A stretch of 50,843 bases of DNA, filler included, from Sphacelaria rigidula (taxonomy: Eukaryota): assembly GCA_964200075.2 (NCBI GenBank). It is 3 parts of 3 records of this genome, joined end to end, with 100 filler letters (N's around TTAATTAATTAA, not from the genome) between each part and the next. Parts side by side here need not be neighbours in the genome. Positions count along the whole stretch, not along the records: positions 1 to 16,882 come from CAXNAA020001225.1; positions 16,983 to 33,864 come from CAXNAA020001226.1; 1 more part is not named here. One strand, 5' to 3'. The stretch's first letter is position 1; every line of letters begins with the position of its first letter. Both the position numbers and the translations under genes were made by a program. Under the pieces are notes generated by a model. That model saw only the letters and a program-made list of their open reading frames with translations, had not been told where the DNA came from and ran no database searches. Positions 11,501-22,791 of the stretch are shown here, in pieces.

Positions 11501-14500
11501 ATATCTAGATGATGCGCCGAAAGGTAATGATGGTAAATCTCTGGCAGAGAGGCCGCAAAAGAAGGTGCGGCGCGCGGTGTGGGGAACGCTATACGCGGAT
11601 GACGCCGGCATAGTCTCGAGGTGCCTCAGACGGGCTTGCTAGGATGATGGCTGTGACAGTGATGGCCTCTCGCGAATTTGGATTTACGGTATCGGAGAAC
11701 ATAACATAGTCCATGTACCTGTGGTCAGTACCCAGCTCCGCAGAGACTGCACAGCACATCAAGGCGGCAGGCCAATGCGGCAGAGTATGCCTACCATGGT
11801 GGTGCTGTCAGCGCGGATGTGAACAAAAACATCTCCATCGGAACATCGGAACATCGGAACAAAAACACCGCATCAGCGCTGCGTGGGCACGCCTCCGAAA
11901 GTATAGTTCCCAACTCTGCGATATGCCCAACGCCCAGCTACCCCTGAAAATTCGGCAAATTCAAGCGGAGATGGTGCCTTCCTTTTCGCAGGGTTCATGG
12001 GCGGCAGGTCATTCCCAATCAGTTTGGTACGAAGCAACTGAGCCGCAATCCGCCCCCACGGTGTTCTTGCTTTGCCTTGTGTACAGGAGGATGCGCTCTT
12101 TTTCGTGCTCTGTCTTTTTCGCCTAAAGCCATGTTGCAGGAGCCGGCCTTTTCAAGTTTTATTATGTTACGATGTTTCATTCATGTCATTGTCTTTGCTA
12201 CTTCCTCTCCGTCCCTTTCATCGCCTGTTACTGTTTGATTTTTTCCTTGATATTTTTAGTTTACTCAGTTTACGCGACCAACCCCTTCGTTTTTTCCATT
12301 CTTCCTATCTAGCAATCGTTGCCGTCTTGTTCATCTTGGGTACGTTTATCTTGTGATCACGGCTGGGTTCCTCGGGGCTCAGTTGATGTGCAACAGCGAA
12401 GCAAGCAAGCAAGCATGCGGTGGTTTGGTGCTCACCTGACTTTTAAGTGCATCCACAGATCCAAGAGTAGTGTCGGCAACCTGTCGGCAGAAACAGCACG
12501 GGCAGTTTGATCAGCGATTCTTCCTCACAGCGGGGGGCTGTCGAGCATGGTTACAATGTGCGCAGCCTGCACCGTAATTTACCGTACCGTTTATTTCATT
12601 ACATTCAACGTGTTTTTTTCCTCGATCCTTGCTTATCCCTGGACAGAAAGTCGTACAACATAGTATTTTTAGTACGAATTGCAGTTGGCTGCAGTACATA
12701 CACAGAAATGATCGGAGTGCTCGCAACGATGCCCAGTTTTTTTGCACCGTTGGTTCCATGGAAATCTTATGAGCTCGAGTTGCCCACCGCTGTAGTAGTA
12801 CCGTGAAACGTTTTCCTCAGAGCCATCGTGAAAAAGATGCAACAGATTGCACCATTGAGTTGCTCCTTTGTCCACGGATAATTCAGGACCTTCAGGGCGT
12901 GCCTCAGCAACTATTTTTCGATCGAAATGGTGCGGCGAAAAAGAAGAATTCCGATCTGATAGGTCAGGATAGGTCGTCATCCATGTCCACGTCATTTGTA
13001 TTAGAATGGGACCATCAGGTCGGAATACGATTATTATTTTCCACCGCACTTTTTCAATCGAAAAATAATATACGAAGACATTGGAGTTCGGTATTGGGTA
13101 CTGAGTCGAAAATATATTGCCCCCAATACGCATAAGATGTTTATTTTTTCTGAGCGTGTTTTTTTGGGCCATAACATGAAGATTTTTTGGCCAATCTTAT
13201 GCGAGAACATATCCCCCAAATTACCCAATATATCCGCATATTCTCGCATAGATATTCCAGATATGATATGTATTGCAATATACCGAATATACCAAATATA
13301 TGTGGCATTTAGACGTGTGGATATCACGCGATATGTCTTCTTGAATACCAGAATAAGCCTTATCATGTTGTCCCCAGCCTCCAGATCTTTAGTGCGCATG
13401 TAACAGCGGTGTCGCCGCACCACACTCGTGCACACAAAAAACAACCACTACACACCACACACTACACACTACACACCACACACCACACATGTGCGATGAG
13501 CAACTCCCGGTCGACACCCCAGTCAGCAGCACTGCATCTGGACAGCAAAGCAAAGTCACCACCGTCAGCGCCTCTGCTACTGCACCGCCGGCCGCAGACA
13601 ACGCCGAAAACCTCATCTTCCTACACTCCAACCAACCAGCACATGTGGTGGTTCGTACTTGCTAATGAAATCACATTTTAAGTTGTCAAGCGTTTTTCAG
13701 GTCGTGGTATGCCGTGTACGGTGCATACTTCGTACCACATTTTCCAAGCGAATTTCATTTGGTTATTTTATGCTTGCGCTGTGTTTTGGTTTTGTTGTAG
13801 AATGCAATAATGAAGCAGTTGTATTAATAGTTGATAGAAGATGTACGCCCGCCTAGTTTATAGTCCTTTGTGGTGTGGAGAGTGGAGATGACTGGATCTG
13901 TGAAATATGTTTGCAGCGTCTTGCCAGGTGGTGGGGGTTTAGACATTAGTCGGGATGGCAGCACGGAGACAATGGGAGGGTTGCAGGTAGACGCATAGAT
14001 TTAAATCGTGGTTTGACGGGTTTCTCGGTTACCGTGGGATGGACGACTATTTGGCGCAGTAGGCGCCAACAAATAAAATGACAGAAGAAAAAAAAAAAAT
14101 CAACAAAAACAGCAGCTACCGTCACTTGTTTGCTTTGCTCGTTAGCTTTTGAGCGTTTGAGCGCGCCGTCCCTCCAGCGCTGTCGTGTCTGCCTCTATGC
14201 AGTATGTCTGACACGTCTACAAGTGTACGCAGCTAGCTCACTGATGAGACAAGTAGCTTGTCACTCGTTACACACGCATAAATAAGACAGTTATACCACA
14301 CCTTAGATTAAATCTGTGTAATCTGGACGAATCGTCCCTATATCCAGAGATATCTGGAGGGATATCGGGTGCGATCTCAGATACGCATAGGATAGTCCAA
14401 ATATCCGGATATTATACTGTATTTCTTATCCGAGATTGCAGATATATGCGAGATTTTTCGACCCAATTTCTATATCCTATTGGGCCATTTTCGCACCCAG

Positions 14501-15695
14501 TACCGAACTCTAGAAGACATGCCCTTGTTGCACCAGCAGTCATGCGGCAAGACTCAGTACTCAAGGTGTACATTGGCATACGTGAACTCAAATGGACCGC
14601 TTCGCGCTCAGACGGTTGAGTAGAAACCCTCGATTGAACCGAATGCGAAGCTTCGGGATATTTACTGCACGAGCATGTGCAAACTAAAATTGAGCCATGA
14701 ACGCTTGCATTGGCACTCGGGCACAACGTGACTACCATACAAATACTTCGCGGTCACAGGGTTAAGTCAACGTGGGGAGTCACACCTGGTCCTTGGCAGA
14801 CGTAACTCCCTCTACGATAGAACCGAAGAAATTGCTTGCCACACCCATCGAAGAACTGACGGAGCCTAACGCCTCATTGACAGACGACTGTGCAGATCCT
14901 GCCAGATCTGCAGCAGCTTCAACAGCATCTGAAGCAGCTCCAACAACATCTGGTGCTTGATCCCCCAGACTCCCCAATTCACTGGAAGCATGTAATCGAA
15001 TGAAAGCATAGGCAGTTCGGGACGTTTCCGTTACACGCACGGCTGTTGAGGTTAGAATGAGATGTGAACCAATGTCGGGCGACACTTGACAGCTGACACT
15101 CGCGAATACGGCAGGTCCTGCAGTGTTGTATGCTCAAAACATGTCAATCGTATACTTGTACTGTTGATACATCACGACAAGGGGCATACGGGCACCAATG
15201 TCGCAGCTAGTACACTATAACAGTGCACTACAGTGCAGTGCAGTGGCAGTGCAGTACAGTACAACAGGCGGCGTTGTACAGACATGAGTAGCGCACAGAC
15301 ATCAGAGGAACATCAAGCACATACTGTAGGATTGAGACGCTCGCTTGCAGAAGAAATTACTCGTACTGATTACGTCTAGTTGAACCTTCCAACGGTAACG
15401 GATCTTTAATAACCGAAATGTCTCGACAGCGCACACAGCACACAGGCAGCCTTCGAGCTTCAAACTTGTGGCACCTGATGGACAAGGCAGAGTCTGCCGA
15501 CAGAAGGAGGGTGACTAACGGCTCCACTGTCTCCATGGCCATATGCGCCTGCCTCACTCTAGGAGCACGAACTCCCGTCACTGTCGCCGACGGACAACGA
15601 AACCTGATGGAATCTCGTGGCGAAAGAGAGCCAACGAAGGACTCAGACACCTGGAGAAGCAGAAAGAGCGAGAGGAAGCGAGGACCCGTCGCCAT
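5507..15695 (-). CDS. Plastid-targeted ABA4/DUF4281-family membrane protein with extended N- and C-terminal helical regions, 10 exons, about 510-516 aa
   Basis: Phase-consistent exons: 15695-15475, 14981-14786, 12480-12436, 8651-8478, 8138-8046, 7853-7662, 7396-7271, 6634-6479, 6130-5987 and 5710 (or 5692)-5507 (TAG). The N-terminus MATGPRFLSLFLLLQVSES-F resembles a signal peptide plus ASAF-type cleavage site. The core LPLWLGMIIWP...AAWAHFLAQDLFIGRWVYLDG...HSLALCYLFGPIGVLSHLLT matches ABA4/DUF4281 motifs. Confidence 0.85.
6745..7230 (-). mobile_element. tRNA-derived SINE in an intron of the ABA4-like gene
   Basis: The minus-strand head has an A box (TGGCTCACTTGG) and B box (GGTTCGAATCCC), and there is a short simple-repeat tail near 6745. 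The body is homologous to 43318-43660. Confidence 0.75.
8960..12414 (+). mobile_element. Degenerate non-LTR retrotransposon (RTE-like LINE; APE endonuclease plus reverse transcriptase), antisense in intron 3 of the ABA4-like gene
   Basis: Endonuclease motifs RVATFNVRTL, DVIRLQETRR and TDHNVVCA. RT motifs CFINLHQAHDSVDR and WGTLYADDAGIV (~11580-11612). Many stops and frameshifts, a T-rich 3' UTR, and an (AAGC)n tail ending ~12414. The 5' boundary is approximate. Confidence 0.9.
13082..14512. mobile_element. Non-autonomous hAT-like element (1431 bp)
   Basis: TIRs TGGAGTTCGGTATTGGGT and ACCCAGTACCGAACTCTA; perfect 8-bp TSD GAAGACAT at 13074-13081 and 14513-14520; GATAT/ATATC-rich subterminal arrays. 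Confidence 0.85.
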
Positions 15696-16589
15696 GGTAG
15701 AGATGATGTGTGCGCATGCCATTGAACAGTGCTCAGTGGCCAGAATGGCAAAACCAGGCTCGGGCGCAGACGGTCCGCCCGGCAGGGCGGAGGATAACTC
15801 CGCAGCAGATACTTCCACGTCCCCGTTCGCTCAGATCCGCAGTCGGAGTCGTTCGCTTGAGTCTCCTGGGGATAGGCTACGGGGTATACCACCCGGAATG
15901 ATAACAAAATGCCACCAAGATTTTATTGTAAAGTACTGTAGTGGTTACGCAGGCGAAAGCCGTGTCATAAAAAATCCCTCATGGATGATTTTCAGCGGAT
16001 AGGATCCTATCAAATCAGACAGTACAGAGTACAGAGCAGTATTGTGCCCGGTTCAGGCGTCAGGCTGCGGGATAACTTCGTTTTGAAATTCTGGATGATG
16101 ACGCTTCACGGGCCAAGGTTCTTCCGCACGGTGCATGCAAACGCATGTACATGTGTATCAGGGAATCATACCATCACCCAGACGGCTCGAATGAAGGTGC
16201 GGAACTTGAGGTGTGTTATTTTCTACTCGAGGAAAAGAGGAAATGCGTCCCCAAATTTAGACGGAAGTGTCGCAATGCATGACGAGACAGGGTGGGAGTT
16301 TGTCCGCACTTGGGTGCATACCACCCCCCTGTCCCAACTCTCCGTGTAATGACGTGAGAAGCTGTTGTGCCCATGCTTTGCCACGGTCCGGGACAAGCAG
16401 CGTTTTTTCATGGGGGAGTGAATATTCTCTTTGCACTGTAAAGTGTTCTACGGGATTGCGTCAATGGAGGCAATGAAACGACTCGTTAGATGTCGTAAAC
16501 AATTGTAACTTGAGCAATCCGGGTTGCAAGGCCCATCATTACAGAGTTTCGGGAGATGTTTTTATTTGTCATAGAGTCAGAGTGCAGAG

Positions 16590-16882
16590 CAGGGTTAGAA
16601 AAACTCCGCAGGCTTGCGCAGGCGGGAGCCGAAGGCGATATGCGGCCTCCAGAGGGCCCCCGGAGGGCGCGGGCCGCGTAGGCCCCCTCCCGGAGGGACC
16701 CCGCGGAGCGATTTTTTTGGGGGTTCCTCTCAAAAAGACGCTTGGATTTTGTCCAAATGGGGCCATTTCGATGGCATGAGCGTCGCGGCGAAAAAGAACC
16801 CCCCCCCCCCCCCCAATAGCCCCGCCCACACACAAACACAGCCACCGCAACACTCACCACCCACGGCGAAACAACGCAGACC
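16590..16882. mobile_element. Probable DNA-transposon end truncated by the contig end
   Basis: Starts with CAGGGTTAG and is GC-rich, with CCTCYRGAGG-type motifs that recur at 26095-26390 and 32440-32560. Confidence 0.4.
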
Positions 16883-16982
16883 NNNNNNNNNNNNNNNNNN
16901 NNNNNNNNNNNNNNNNNNNNNNNNNNTTAATTAATTAANNNNNNNNNNNNNNNNNNNNNNNNNNNNNNNNNNNNNNNNNNNN
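16883..16982. other. Artificial contig linker
   Basis: 44 N + TTAATTAATTAA (stops in all six frames) + 44 N = 100 nt. Confidence 0.98.
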
Positions 16983-17060
16983 CCCAGCTTTGTAGGGATG
17001 CGAGGTCAATGCTCTGATGACTACGGCATGCATGAGCATGAGTACACGCCCCCCTATCTC
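16983..17060 (+). repeat. Dispersed repeat; copies at 33645-33700 and 50735-50843
   Basis: GCTT(T)GTAGGGATGCGAGGTCAATG...ATGACYACGRCAYGCA...CATGAGTAC followed by a C-rich tract. The 33645 copy shares only the CAATG...CATGAGTA part. All three copies lie at or near contig ends. Confidence 0.8.
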
Positions 17061-17112
17061 ACCTCATTCAGGGTATCCAGCCACATCGAAAATACGCCCG
17101 AGCCCGATTCAC

Positions 17113-17710
17113 CTTTCAGGTACTCAATCCACTCGACCGTCACAGCCGTTCCGCGGAACGCAACCACCAACACTTCGGTATCGTCCCAAGGCAGCAAGGC
17201 CATGAGGGCGGCGCATCCCGATCCCCCGTGGCTGAGCGGCCAACTTTGCTTTAGATGTGCTCCTTTCCGCTCAACAGCCTCGCACAACGCATCGGCGTCA
17301 CCTTTTTCGTACACAACTTCGCTGAGCTCGTGACAGTACTTTATTTGCACCTTGGATTCGCTTGAACTGTTTCGAGGAACAAGCAAGCCATTTCGAGGAT
17401 ATGCGGGGAAGAAAAGACTGGACGTGACTGGACGTGAAATGCGAAGAGAATGACGATGTGATGCAAGGGGAGGTGGAGCGTTGAAGGGGCGTCTGGCTGC
17501 TGAGCGCAAACAAATCTCACCTTAGCCCTCTGTATATTCACCGGCGTTTCATCGGTTCGACATGCAATCATAGCATCGAAAAAAAAGAGGTCGCGTCACT
17601 CAGCAGTGCCTGGCGAAACCCACAATTTCAAGTCAAGCTGGAAGTTTAAGTGTCACCTGCTCAACGGGGCTAGGTGTCTCGCGCATTCCTGCACTACTGA
17701 TGGCACTTCT
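17113..17710 (-). CDS. Class-3 (fungal-type) lipase domain protein, partial (exons 17710 or ATG 17686 to 17657, and 17350-17113)
   Basis: VQIKYCHELSEVVYEK...DDTEVLVVAFRGTAVTVEWIEYLK contains the VVAFRGT....(E/D)W motif of Lipase_3. Splice sites caag|GTG and AAAG|gtgaat. The GHSLG exon would lie beyond the contig end. Confidence 0.75.
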
Positions 17711-17804
17711 CTGCACCCGAGCTGTCGACTTCTCCTATACACTACGAGCTGGGTCAGCTGAGAGTGATTCGCGAATGTATGTAGTATACGTAGCCGGTAA
17801 CGAT

Positions 17805-17895
17805 AAAAAAATGATTTGAAACTATTATCCAAATTTTTCATATAACCCTTACAGTGATAGTGGCCAGTAATAACTGGTACCATTTCCGACCTCTA
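17805..17895. repeat. MITE end homologous (inverted) to the left end of 44950-45350
   Basis: TGGCCAGTAATAACTGGTACCATTTCCGACCTCTA is nearly the reverse complement of TAGAGCTCGGAAATGGTACCAGTTATAACTGGCCA at 44950. Confidence 0.7.
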
Positions 17896-19167
17896 AGAAA
17901 AATGACGTAACTCCGTGAAAATAAAGAAGTAAGGGGGCATCCCTAGAGCAGTTCTGCGTCCTGGTGTGAAAGAGATCCTGGTGCAATTTCGGCCAGAACA
18001 TCCAGAAATTTGGCGCAGCATCCAACTTTTCGCGTGGCACCGCTGCGCCCATTCAACACGAGTGATACAGGAGACTTCAGTTATGGAGGTCATGGGTTCG
18101 AATCCCGACAGCTTCTTTTTTTTTGTTTTGTCGGTAAGTTTATACATTATGCAGTACATTTTCCTTTTTTCTTTCATTCAGCGGCGGTACCGTGCGTTAC
18201 CAGGTTGGTCTGCAGGTCACACAATATATACACTCCTGTCGGGCTGAGTTGGTAAAGTTGTTAAGTTATGATGTGAAATGCAAATGTGAGATTTACTCAT
18301 AGCCCAGCTCGTAGAAGGGAAGTTTTCAGTGAGAAATTGAGCGTTGCATCTCCCCCACAGTACGATGTTTTTCTCATCATACACTCAGGGTGCAGAGTGG
18401 AAGCTTTGAAACTTCAGAATAGACGCTAAAACGTTCATAGCGGAAGCTGATGAACTTGGCTTGACGTGACTCTTTTTTGTGGCAGTGATTGGCCGCAGGT
18501 TGTTCCGCCAAATGTACCATCAACCAGCGTCCAGTTTAAAAATGCATAGGCCGGCACAGATTTGACTGTACCGTATCCTGCGGCACCGTAAGTACCGTAC
18601 ACTACACTTCACTGCGCCTGTGGTACTTCGATCCGCCACAGCACGCTACAGGGATCTGTAGTGCTGTAGTGCTGTGCAGTGTGGAGTACAGACACAAGCA
18701 TCTCTAACGGAATGAGAATGCAGCCAGGTGTAGTACTGCTTGTGTGCTGTAGAGCACGAGTCGTTCACACCGTCTTCTTCCACCTGAAGCTGGCGAGAGT
18801 GAGGATCTGCACCCAAGGCAACGTCGTGTACCCGCCGAGCATTTGAATTATCGCGCAACACAACCAAGCGAATGCTCGTACCATCGCGGCGTCAGGGAGG
18901 TCTTCTAGTTGCGCTGCCAAGCTCTATTACCTTGTGAGTGGCCCATTGTGAGTAGCACGGCAGTTTGCCGTGGATAATGAATGCTCCACTTTGCTTGTTA
19001 GGATGTATTGATTTCGGACTGGACGTGACCGTGGTGATGAAGGTGGACGTGGCTCTTTTTCGTTTCGCAATGAAATCCGAAGAGGAACAGCGGTTTTCAG
19101 AGTGAAGAGGTGCAAACGGCACTCTAATGTTGAAAACCTCGCTCTGAAGAAATCAATCACAGGCTGC

Positions 19168-19404
19168 TGCCGAGATAGCCCCCCCCCAGAACCGGCGAGA
19201 AAAGTGCACAGAGGCGATGATCATAAACGCCGTCAGAGCTGGTTTCGTGCTGCACGACGCGACTCACTTGGAATTATAGCTAATTCTTGACTGCTACACA
19301 CCTCTCACGTGGGCGAAAGTGCTGCAAACGAGCCCAATAGTGGGATCGCAGCCAGTTTGTTGGACGGTCTCCGGTGCACTTTTGGGGGGGGGGCTATCTC
19401 GGCA
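19168..19404. mobile_element. MITE (237 bp)
   Basis: TIR TGCCGAGATAGC+polyC and polyG+GCTATCTCGGCA; inner inverted repeat AAAAGTGCAC / GTGCACTTTT; no clear TSD. Confidence 0.75.
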
Positions 19405-20409
19405 TTAGTCCACAGTAGAATGTGCACCGTTACCAGCTATTCTTCTTTCTACTCTGACTCAGATGGGAAAAATGCCTTCGGAAACTCTCCAATGACGGAA
19501 GTGTGCGCTCCAGTAATATTCGCATTGGCAAATCAGTAGTCGTACCCAAACACTACCGAGAGACATGCACCATATTTCTGAGCTGGCGCTTTTGTTTCCG
19601 TACAATCTCGCGCGGGAGCTGGCGGAGTAAATGTTTCGTTGTGCATGTGATACATCGATTGCTCTCATGGACAGAATAAATCCGGGATCGACGTTTTTCG
19701 AAGCCGCTCGGGCCAGTCCCTGCAGGGACCGCGCCCCTGACCCTAACCCCGACTCCATCTCCAAGGCGGTCCAAAAATCACGCGGTCCTCCAACGCATTA
19801 CAACGTATCACTACTGGGTATCTCGGCTTCAACACCTTGTGCCAAGAAAACTTTGGAGGAATAGCACCGAGTGGCTCAATACGAAGTACCACGATCTCGG
19901 AGCCATCAACCCCATGAATGGCCATGCAATGTATCGGGCCAGGGGATAATCACAAGAGCTACCAGGTGCTGGGAGTAAATTTCTTCTTCGAACCCTTCAA
20001 CTTTCAAGTCCCCTCCACACGGCCATGGCTCGACGATCGGGGTGACGCAGTTCTTCGATGTTGTGGGGTACACTCACAGTTCAGCACCGGTTGCCATGGT
20101 GTTTTTGCCGGGTGCTTGTCGAAGATGATCGGTAATTGCGCCTTTCCCACAGCGCGGGCAAGACCTGCCCGCCGAACCCTTTCAAACAAAGGGCAGCATC
20201 GAGAACGATAGCATGGGTATATGGGAGTTCGGTAAGGAATAGTTTGGGGCCCAAACACTTTACCATCTACGTCAAAAACGATTGTTTCCATAGGAGGCAC
20301 ATGACCCACACCGCCGGCAGAACCCCTCCACAAGCCAGAATATCTTGACGCTTTTCACGGTGCTACTTTCGCGAAAATTGGGGTCAGTTCACCATTTGGT
20401 AGTTATCAA

Positions 20410-22519
20410 CAGGGGTCTACACGTTACACGTTCATCTTCATGTTACGTTCATCACGTAAGAAATATTCAACGTTCGCGTTACGTTACGTATGTCATGTTA
20501 AATAAATTTGGACGTTACGCTAATGTTTCATATGAAAATTCAACGTCACGTTCATCACGTAGAAAAAAATTAACGTTACGTTTCGTTACATGTAACGTGA
20601 TATGAAACGTTTTAATACCACGTGTAACGTCTAATGTAACGTTACGTTGACACGTGTAACGTTCGAATGAAATGTTTGATTCTGTGCATGTCGCGGCTCA
20701 TTTACCAGTGTTCAAGGCGTTGTAACGTGTCGTTTGACGCGTGATGTTACCGTGTACCTAACGCTGACGGTGACCTGTCGGCTAGTTCTCATGTATAAAG
20801 AAAACTCTATAATAAAATGTGTTCTCTGACAACCCACTTCTCACGTGATCAGAAAACGCGTTTGAAATCCCGCCGCACGGCAACACACCCTCCAGCCCAC
20901 GACAGCAGCCATGGGTGGCTTGGCTGCCATCACCACTGCTGTCGCTGGTGCTCGCGGGTAGTCAGCGTGTTGCTTCATTGTTCTTCGCTCGCCAGTGTCA
21001 TAGTAGCTCTTTACCCCATGAGAACAGAACAGGGCAGGGTCGATGACGAGTGCTGTACAAACACTGTGTGTAGTTTGTATAGACAGTATTGTAGCTCGCA
21101 TTTCAGGTCTGTGCATGCAGCGTGATGCGAACAGCACTCGCGATGCAGTACAGACTGCCCACGCACCCAAGACTTGTTGAGACAGGACCGCGCTGACCGT
21201 ACACACAAGACCACAGACAGTGTAAGCAGTAGTGCTACTGCTGTAGGGTCTACGAGCTTGGGAGCCTGGGCAGTCTGTACTGTATTCGAGTGCTGTTTGC
21301 AACACGCTGCACGCACAGATCTGAACTGAGCTACATTGCTGTGCAACCAACCTACATCGACCCTGTCTGACATCACTCGTCATCGACCCTGCCCTGTTTT
21401 GTTCTCATGTGGGTAAGGGGCAAGGACCATCACGCTACTGGCGAGCGAAGGACAATAAAGCAAAACGCTGACTGCCCGCAAGCACCAGCGACAGCAGTGA
21501 TGATGGCAGCCAAGCCGTCACTCCAAACAAGATTTTTGTGAGATTGAGAGTAGAGGATACGATTGAGAGTGAAAAGCGGTCAACTAGTGACTTACCCGTT
21601 CCAGTTCCGAAATGCCCCTGCACGAAGCCCAATATGCTTCCTGTAGTAGCTTGCCACTGTATCAAGTAGGATATCGACGCGTAGCGTTAAGCACACACCA
21701 GTGATGGGGGGGAGAAAAAGCGCACACAGGATGAATAATTGGCTGAGTTGAAGCATATGAGTGAAGCCACTTCCAATCAGCGCTCTACTCTCAATCTCAC
21801 GAAAAAGTTTACAGGCAATGCATACAAAACAGTACTCTTGTGTGTGCTTTTGTCCGTGCTTGTCTTTCAGTCAAGCATTACCGTGCCGTGAAAAACACAA
21901 CCGTCACTTCTACAGTCAGTTATTAGTACAGCAAGATGGTGTTCGTCTTGATCGTCTTCCGTCACGCAGCCCACCATGTATTGCTGAGGCAATGTATCAC
22001 AAAAGATGTACAGACAGTCAGACAGGTCCTAACAAGTCGCATTGAATGTGGTCGAGATGATCATGATGTTATGATGGTGACATGTGGTGGGAAGAGCGCG
22101 AAGTTTTTGCAATGGTACCACACCTATACCATATTCAAGTCATCTTCCAGGATTTGAAAATTCATCGCAAACTTGAAGTTTCACCCCTGCATATGACGTG
22201 TTCATGACGTTTTATGTAACGTGTGACGTAACGTAACATGTTACGTGTAACGTCTAATGCATGTGTAACGTGTAATAGACGTTACGCGTTACATTAAACG
22301 TTCCATATCACGTGATTTGAACGTGCGGGCAATTCAACGTTCACATTACGTTACGTATGGCACGTGAAGAACAGTTAAGGTTACGGTAACGTTTCATTTG
22401 AAATTTTAACGTTACGTTCACCCCATAAAAAAATATATATTGTTTGCGTCACGTTTTGGCCGAAACGTAACGTGAACGTGACGTATAACGCTGTGGCACG
22501 TGAAACGTGTAGACCCCTG
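20410..22519. mobile_element. Non-autonomous hAT-like element (2110 bp), copy 1
   Basis: TIR CAGGGGTCTACACGTT / AACGTGTAGACCCCTG; 8-bp TSD GTTATCAA / GTTATTAA; ACGT-dense subterminal arrays; internal hairpin; homologous to 46507-48616. Confidence 0.9.
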
Positions 22520-22791
22520 GTTATTAACTCTTTTGGGGCTGATCTTTAGTAACAAGGGGTTCACCATGTGTTTGTAAAACAGTAATGAAAAAAGTCTGGG
22601 AGCGACCTGTCCAATCACGGCCAGGCGAAATTTATCGACCACATCCGACTGACCTGTGAGGGGGGGGGCTGTCGCCGGGAGAGATGTCACTGCCGAGTTT
22701 GTGTCTACCCTGTCCCTGGTCCACAAAAAAGCCTTCGGAGCGAAAAAAAAACGCGATGGTCGGGGCTCGCTTTCCCGATATTTTGCCACGA

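Noticed and set aside
14241..14266. Hammerhead ribozyme (CTGATGA plus stem GACAAG/CTTGTC)
   Set aside because: The essential GAAA after stem II is absent.
16927..16938. TTAATTAATTAA as a biological site
   Set aside because: It is the centre of the synthetic linker.
20418..20780. CRISPR-like array (also the GGGTA arrays at 31300-31630 and 42200-43900)
   Set aside because: No constant repeat with unique regular spacers; these are transposon subterminal motifs in a eukaryote.
21435..21665. P-loop-like GTGTGKS in a minus-strand ORF
   Set aside because: It lies in a transposon-internal fragment whose homolog at 28540-28775 does not keep the motif.
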